Of a stretch of DNA of 64,000 bases, positions 58,868 to 64,000 are shown in pieces. Positions within the stretch are counted from its first letter, which is position 1, and every line of letters begins with the position of its first letter. The translations under genes and the position numbers were made by a program. The stretch covers positions 384,001-448,000 of the forward strand of contig CAVUCU010000005.1 of the NCBI GenBank assembly GCA_963740085.1, given 5' to 3'. The notes under the pieces were generated by a model, which worked only from the letters and a program-made list of their open reading frames with translations, made no database searches and was not told where the DNA came from. The DNA is from Nitrospirota bacterium. Lineage in GTDB: Bacteria; Nitrospirota; UBA9217.

Positions 58868-61003
58868 TCACACATGCTCAGTCCTGAACTTCGATATTTC
58901 CTTATTGAGCGATTCCGACTGTTTGGCCATCACATCCATGGCCACGTTCAGGCTCGCCGCCAGGTCTGCGTTCGATCTTGCGATTTCCTTGATGCGCTCG
59001 ATCGACTTTACAATGAGGTCGCTTCCGGCCTGTACTTCGCCGGCGGCCCTGTTCACCATGCCGATCTTCGCGCTCATGTTCTCGACCGCAGCGGAAATAT
59101 CCTTGCTTCCCCTTGCCTGTTCATCCGTTGAGGTCCTGATAAAGCGCGTGAGCTCGCGCATTTTTTCCGATGACCTCGTGATCTGCTCGCTGCCGACCTT
59201 CTGCTCATTCACGGCCTGGCTTATCTGATGCGTCATCTCATTTATCTTGTCGACAGCATCGCTTACCTGCCTGACGCCCCGGACCTGCTCTGTCGCTGCC
59301 TTGTTGATGCTCCTGCTCATGTCCCGAGACTGGTCAGCGCGTTCAACGATCTTCTCAAGAGCGCCGCTGGCATCTCGGGCAAGCCGCACCCCCTCCTCCA
59401 CCAGCGAAACCTCTTCCCGCATAGCCCCGACCGACTCGCGGGACTCCTCCTGCACCGAGGTGATCAGCATTCCGATCTCCTTCGTCGAAGCGGCGGTACG
59501 ATTCGCCAGTTCGCGGATCTCGGCCGCAACCACCGCGAACCCCTTGCCATGCTCGCCTGCCTGTGCCGCGAGGATGGCCGCATTCAGCGCAAGAAGCCCG
59601 GTCTGGTCGGTAATGTCCTCGATGACGGTCAGGATGCTGCCGATGTTCTCCGCGCGCTCTCCAAGGCGGTTCACCACATCCGCGGTTCGGCGCGCCGTGG
59701 ATTCGATCCTGCTCATGCCTTCAATGGTCTTCTCGATGGAACGCATTCCAAGCAGTTTGGCGTCCGAAGCAACGGCTTCGGCCAGCGAGGTGGACTCCTT
59801 CGCATTAGATTCCACCTCTTTCACGGATGCGCTGATCTCGGTCGCCGTGGCCGCCGTATCTTCCGCGGCCGATGAAAGCACTTCAAGGTTCTCCGCGATC
59901 TGGCGGACCGCGGCGGACATCTGAATGATGGCGGTGGACGTGTCTTCAATGGCGGTGGACAGTTGCACGATGGTTTTTGCGACCTCATCGCTCGATGCCG
60001 CCATCTCGATCACCGATGAGGAGGTCGTCTCCGAGTGCGCGTACAGGTCTTTGACATTGTTTGCCATCTCTTTAAGCGAGAAGTGCATTTCATTCACCGA
60101 GGACGCCACCTCTTCCACTGCCTCAGCCTGGCCTTTGCTCCCGCCGGTGATCTCCTGGGAGGTCCCCTTCACCTCTCCCCATATTGCGGCTGTTTTGTGG
60201 GCCGCCTCCCGCACGCTCTCGATCATGCCCTTGAGCCCAATGATCATGCGGTTAAGGCCGCGCCCGAGCATCCCGAGCTCGTCGATCGACCGCACGTGCA
60301 CTCTCTGCGAGAGGTCCCCTGCAGCGATGTTCGAGGCCACATCCATCGCCTCCTTTGTAGGCAGAACGATCATCCTCCGTATCATAAGGTAGACCATCAA
60401 GGCGAGGGCGCTTACGATCAGCGCGCTGGTTCCGAGAAGCAGCCAAACCACATCCCTTGCTTCCTTCCGGACCGCTGCACGTGAAAATCCAATCCTGACC
60501 ATGCCGATGCGAGCGTCGCCGTTCTTGACATCAACCTGCACCTCAACGGGATCGAGCTTCTCTTTCGCCTTCGCCGCGAGCGTTGCCGCGTCTTCGATTT
60601 TTCCCGGCGCGAGGAGTTCCTTCATTTCGGGATGGCCGAGGTTGAAGCTGACGGGGACAGTATTCAGGATCACATTCGACGAGTCCGCCATATAGGCGTA
60701 AAGGATGTCCGGGGCCTTCGCTGTTTCCGCGACAAGACCGTCGAGCGCTGGGATGTCCCGGTGCAGAAGTGCATCGGCGCCGGCCCTGCCGAGAAGCTGA
60801 CCCACTTCACGGCCCCGCGTTTCCAACGCCCGATACTGCTCGTCCATCAGCGTGCGCGCGACAAAAAAAGTACCCGCCACCATGAGCACGATAACAGCGA
60901 CCATCAGCGCGAACATGATCTTAAGCCCAATCTGGGTGTCAATACGGTCCTTAAGCGCCTTTCCCTTCCCTTCCTGAAAGAACCTTCTTATCATGCTTAG
61001 CAT
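58868..61003 (-). CDS. methyl-accepting chemotaxis protein (2 TM, HAMP, long signalling domain)
   Basis: DELGMLG HAMP motif; [27 protein letters not shown] hairpin tip. Confidence 0.93.
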   Translation of the reverse strand: MLSMIRRFFQEGKGKALKDRIDTQIGLKIMFALMVAVIVLMVAGTFFVARTLMDEQYRALETRGREVGQLLGRAGADALLHRDIPALDGLVAETAKAPDILYAYMADSSNVILNTVPVSFNLGHPEMKELLAPGKIEDAATLAAKAKEKLDPVEVQVDVKNGDARIGMVRIGFSRAAVRKEARDVVWLLLGTSALIVSALALMVYLMIRRMIVLPTKEAMDVASNIAAGDLSQRVHVRSIDELGMLGRGLNRMIIGLKGMIESVREAAHKTAAIWGEVKGTSQEITGGSKGQAEAVEEVASSVNEMHFSLKEMANNVKDLYAHSETTSSSVIEMAASSDEVAKTIVQLSTAIEDTSTAIIQMSAAVRQIAENLEVLSSAAEDTAATATEISASVKEVESNAKESTSLAEAVASDAKLLGMRSIEKTIEGMSRIESTARRTADVVNRLGERAENIGSILTVIEDITDQTGLLALNAAILAAQAGEHGKGFAVVAAEIRELANRTAASTKEIGMLITSVQEESRESVGAMREEVSLVEEGVRLARDASGALEKIVERADQSRDMSRSINKAATEQVRGVRQVSDAVDKINEMTHQISQAVNEQKVGSEQITRSSEKMRELTRFIRTSTDEQARGSKDISAAVENMSAKIGMVNRAAGEVQAGSDLIVKSIERIKEIARSNADLAASLNVAMDVMAKQSESLNKEISKFRTEHV

Positions 61004-61010
61004 ATTTTCA

Positions 61011-63041
61011 TCACCTCGCCCCCTCAATTCCGGCGCTCTCCTTCGCCTCGGACGTATTCATCGCGCCAATCTCCCGGTCGAGTAGTTCCGCCTGCTCTCC
61101 AAGGGTCTTGAGCGCGACGGACATACCATCGACGCGAGTCACGTTCTGGCGCGGAAGGTCCTGGATCCGCGCCATGGACTCCAGAATCTGACCGATGGCC
61201 TGCCGCTGCTCACGGCCGCCCGCAGCGATCTTGCCGGCCCTCATGGTGACGTTATCGGCTGCCACCGCGATCTGCTTGCCACCCCGGCCCTGCTCAGCCA
61301 TGGCGGTCCGCACCTGACGCGCGATGGTGCGCATTTCCTCGGCAGCGCTCAGGATATTCTCCGTACCCCTGGTCTGGGCCTGGGTCGCCCCGGCTATCTG
61401 TTCCATCATCTGCTTGACGTTCATGACGGCCTCGCTTACCTGTTTGATGCCCCGGTGCTGCTCGTTCATGGCCCGTTCTATCATGGTGGCCATCTCCGCC
61501 GAGCGGTTCGAGCTCGCAAGGATCTTGTCCAGCGCAGCGCCGGCCTCCTGAGAACGCCGCACGCCTTCTTCCACGGCGGTGAGACTGCCCGACGTGGCGG
61601 TCACGGCCTCTTTGGCCTCGCGCTGCACCGAGGCGATGAGCTTCCCGATATCCTGGGCTGAGCCGGCGGTGCGGTCGGCCAGCGCCTTGATCTGCTCGGC
61701 CACGACGGCGAATCCCTTGCCGTGCTCGCCTGCCTGGGCCGCGAGGATGGATGCATTCAACGCAAGCAGGTTCGTGCGCTCCGTCACCTCGACGATCACG
61801 CCGAGGATCTTGCCGATCTCTTCCGAGCGCTTCCCGAGACTCGTGACCGTGTCGGCATACTTCCCGACCGTTTCTTTGATCGCATCAATGGCGCTGATGG
61901 TCGCATGAATGGACTTCACGCCGATGTCCTGCGCCTCCCGGGACACCTGCTGCGACAATCCGGTCGACTCCTTGGCAGCCCGCTCCACCTCCCGCACCGT
62001 GGCCTCGATCTGGACCGCCGAAGCCGAGGTCTCCTCGGCCGCCGAGGAAAGGCTCTCGACATGGCCGGCCACTTCGCGGATCGAAGCGATCATCTCGGCG
62101 ACCGACGTGGTCACGTCCTCGACCGACGAGGCGAGTTCGGACGTGTGGCTGGCGACCTCTTGATTGGAGGCGTTCATTTCGAGAATAGCTGATGACGTTT
62201 CTTCCGCCGAAACCGACAGGCTCTCAGCGCTTTCAGCAATGGACTGGATGGATGAAGACATCTCCGTAACCGATGAAGATACGCTCATCGTGGCCACGGA
62301 CTCAATTTCGGCATTTTTTTTGATCTCCAGCGCGTCCGACGTGATCGTCGGGCTCAACTCGCTGATCCGCGTGGAAATGGCGCTCATTGCAACGACGAAC
62401 TGCTCGAGATGCGCCATCAGGTCGTTTACGCTGTTCGCCAGGCCTCCAATCTCATCACGTCCCTGCATATCCACACGAAGGGTAAAGTCCTTTCGGTCGA
62501 TCACCTCTTTCAGCGCTTTGCTGAGTTCTCTGGCCGGCGTTGTAATGGTACGGGACACGGAGACGAACAGGATCCCCGCAAGAAAAACGAAGATAAAGAG
62601 ATATTCGTAGAGCGTTCCCGGGATAACGGCGCCGAGCCTGCCTTCCGGTGCCACTGGATATACGGCAAGGCGGACCTCGCCGAGCTTCATGGTGTCCTTG
62701 AGGACCGGCTGTGACCTTATGACGATCCGGTCCTTCTCCAAAACCGGCCTGGCGATGTGGATGAGCTCTCGTCCCTCGCCGTCGACAATGGTTATTTCCT
62801 GAGCAGTGGGCGCGTGGATGAAAGGTTCAGCCATGGTCTGGAGTCCGCTGAGATCCGACCTCAGCAGATAGGGCGCAGCCAGCTCAGCCATAAGCTTGCC
62901 GGACTGCTCGCCCTGGACGCGGACATCGGCAATGATGTCGCGCTTCTCAATAAAATACCGGGTCGTCCCTATCAACCCCATGATCACGAATAACCCCGAA
63001 AATACCAGAAAGATAAGTCTCTGTCTTATGCCACTACCCAC
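61011..63041 (-). CDS. methyl-accepting chemotaxis protein (2 TM, HAMP, long signalling domain)
   Basis: DEIGGLA HAMP motif; [27 protein letters not shown] hairpin tip. Confidence 0.93.
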   Translation of the reverse strand: MGSGIRQRLIFLVFSGLFVIMGLIGTTRYFIEKRDIIADVRVQGEQSGKLMAELAAPYLLRSDLSGLQTMAEPFIHAPTAQEITIVDGEGRELIHIARPVLEKDRIVIRSQPVLKDTMKLGEVRLAVYPVAPEGRLGAVIPGTLYEYLFIFVFLAGILFVSVSRTITTPARELSKALKEVIDRKDFTLRVDMQGRDEIGGLANSVNDLMAHLEQFVVAMSAISTRISELSPTITSDALEIKKNAEIESVATMSVSSSVTEMSSSIQSIAESAESLSVSAEETSSAILEMNASNQEVASHTSELASSVEDVTTSVAEMIASIREVAGHVESLSSAAEETSASAVQIEATVREVERAAKESTGLSQQVSREAQDIGVKSIHATISAIDAIKETVGKYADTVTSLGKRSEEIGKILGVIVEVTERTNLLALNASILAAQAGEHGKGFAVVAEQIKALADRTAGSAQDIGKLIASVQREAKEAVTATSGSLTAVEEGVRRSQEAGAALDKILASSNRSAEMATMIERAMNEQHRGIKQVSEAVMNVKQMMEQIAGATQAQTRGTENILSAAEEMRTIARQVRTAMAEQGRGGKQIAVAADNVTMRAGKIAAGGREQRQAIGQILESMARIQDLPRQNVTRVDGMSVALKTLGEQAELLDREIGAMNTSEAKESAGIEGAR

Positions 63042-63216
63042 AATTCCTCCTCTGTTCGATCAGAGCTCCGCGACAAACGAACGGAGATGATGCCGAGTCA
63101 CAATTTTTTGTCTGTTGTCTGCCTCTCGGATGCCCTGCCTGTTTGATCGCCTGCTCTTTGACCGTCTGTTGTCCTGAAGGCCTGAAGTCTGATCGGCAGT
63201 CATCAGCCCTCAGAGC

Positions 63217-63372
63217 TTAAAGCCATCCAGTTCCGGATGGAGCCTCTGCGTGCTGCTTGAATGTCTTCACGGCCTTCTCCTTTTCGATGGGTACATCCAC
63301 CGTGTCCCCGGTGATCCTCTGAATGCGGGTCATGGCATCGCTGAGATTCTTTACGGACTCTCGCAGATTCAT
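63217..63372 (-). pseudogene. 51-aa fragment resembling an MCP C-terminus
   Basis: MNLRESVKNLSDAMTRIQRITGDTVDVPIEKEKAVKTFKQHAEA aligns by eye with the C-termini of both neighbouring MCPs; ATGA overlap with the SBP stop. Confidence 0.45.
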
Positions 63373-64000
63373 TTGATGACCTTCGTTGCATCTGTGATCA
63401 GATCAAACGGCACCTTGATTCCGAGCGCTCCCGCCTCCCTGAGGTTCAGCACCAGTTCCACCTGTTTCGGGAACTCCACCGGCATGCCCTTGGGGTTCTC
63501 ACCCCTCAGTATCCGCGCGGCGATCTGCGCCGCCGCCGCCCCCTGCTCCGTCGCGCTCGGCGCAAGGCTGAGGATCACCCCGTGTTCTGCCGTGCCGCCG
63601 GTCTGGCTGATCGTAAGGACCTTTGCGTCGTGCGCGGTTTTCACCATAACGTCAATCGCCTCATTCACCACCGCGCTTACCGAGATAAACACCGCGTCCA
63701 CCTTTCCCGTGAACACCAGCTTCCTGGCATCTTCCGCCCTCTTGACCGGCATTTTGACCGTCTGGAACCCGTACTGGCCCTCAAGCCGCGTCAGTTCGTT
63801 CGCCTGCAGCACCGAACCGGGCTCCGGCTCACTGTAAACGACGGCAAGCCTGGTAAAGGGCGTGATCTTCCTTGCATACTTCAGCAGGCTTGCCATCGGC
63901 ACAGCGGAGCTGATACCGGTGACATTCTTGGCCGAGACGCCCACTGCGTTCGGATCGTAGACTCCGGCGAAGACGATCGGAATGCCTTTCGCCTCCCTGA
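63369..64000 (-). CDS. ABC-type substrate-binding protein (ABC_sub_bind-like), 5'-truncated by the window edge
   Basis: IPIVFAGVYDP, NVTGIS, QGAAAAQIAARILRGENP and LVLNLREAGALGIKVP motifs. Confidence 0.85.
   Translation of the reverse strand, partial: REAKGIPIVFAGVYDPNAVGVSAKNVTGISSAVPMASLLKYARKITPFTRLAVVYSEPEPGSVLQANELTRLEGQYGFQTVKMPVKRAEDARKLVFTGKVDAVFISVSAVVNEAIDVMVKTAHDAKVLTISQTGGTAEHGVILSLAPSATEQGAAAAQIAARILRGENPKGMPVEFPKQVELVLNLREAGALGIKVPFDLITDATKVIK

Overview
A fairly GC-rich bacterial chromosome segment from an anaerobe. Gene content and order suggest Nitrospirota or Desulfobacterota, but this is inference only. The window has three parts. (1) About 1-22.6 kb is mostly housekeeping: folK, a deoxynucleoside kinase, dppBC-like permeases, rsmA, gmhA, an isolated atpB-atpE pair, gltX, two YeeE/YedE transporters, pdxA, a DUF438/PAS protein with an FNR-type box and a B12 radical SAM enzyme, plus a small accessory patch at about 3.3-6.0 kb. 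(2) About 22.7-51.5 kb is a ~29-kb minus-strand Wood-Ljungdahl/folate C1 cluster: cooC, 5-formyl-THF cyclo-ligase, folE, a GltD/NfnB-like-ferredoxin-MvhD fusion, metV, metF, panB, thyX, cooC/acsF, DUF2520, acsE, acsD, acsC, acsB, two tandem NuoE-NuoF-FdhA formate dehydrogenase modules, and fhs. Both FdhA genes are selenoproteins (in-frame TGA in CARL-U-H followed by a SECIS-like hairpin), so the ORF track splits each one in two. No CODH (acsA/cooS), folD or acsV is visible in the cluster. (3) About 51.7-64 kb holds rlmN and a deltaproteobacterial-type chemosensory cluster (SBP, MCP remnant, two MCPs, cheW, HEAT protein, cheR, cheB, GAF protein, cheY) with no cheA in view. Many intergenic gaps carry short palindromic repeat elements from several unrelated families, and some supply the stop codon of the neighbouring gene. 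I found no rRNA, tRNA, CRISPR array or intact transposase/integrase. All calls come from reading motifs by eye; no searches were run.
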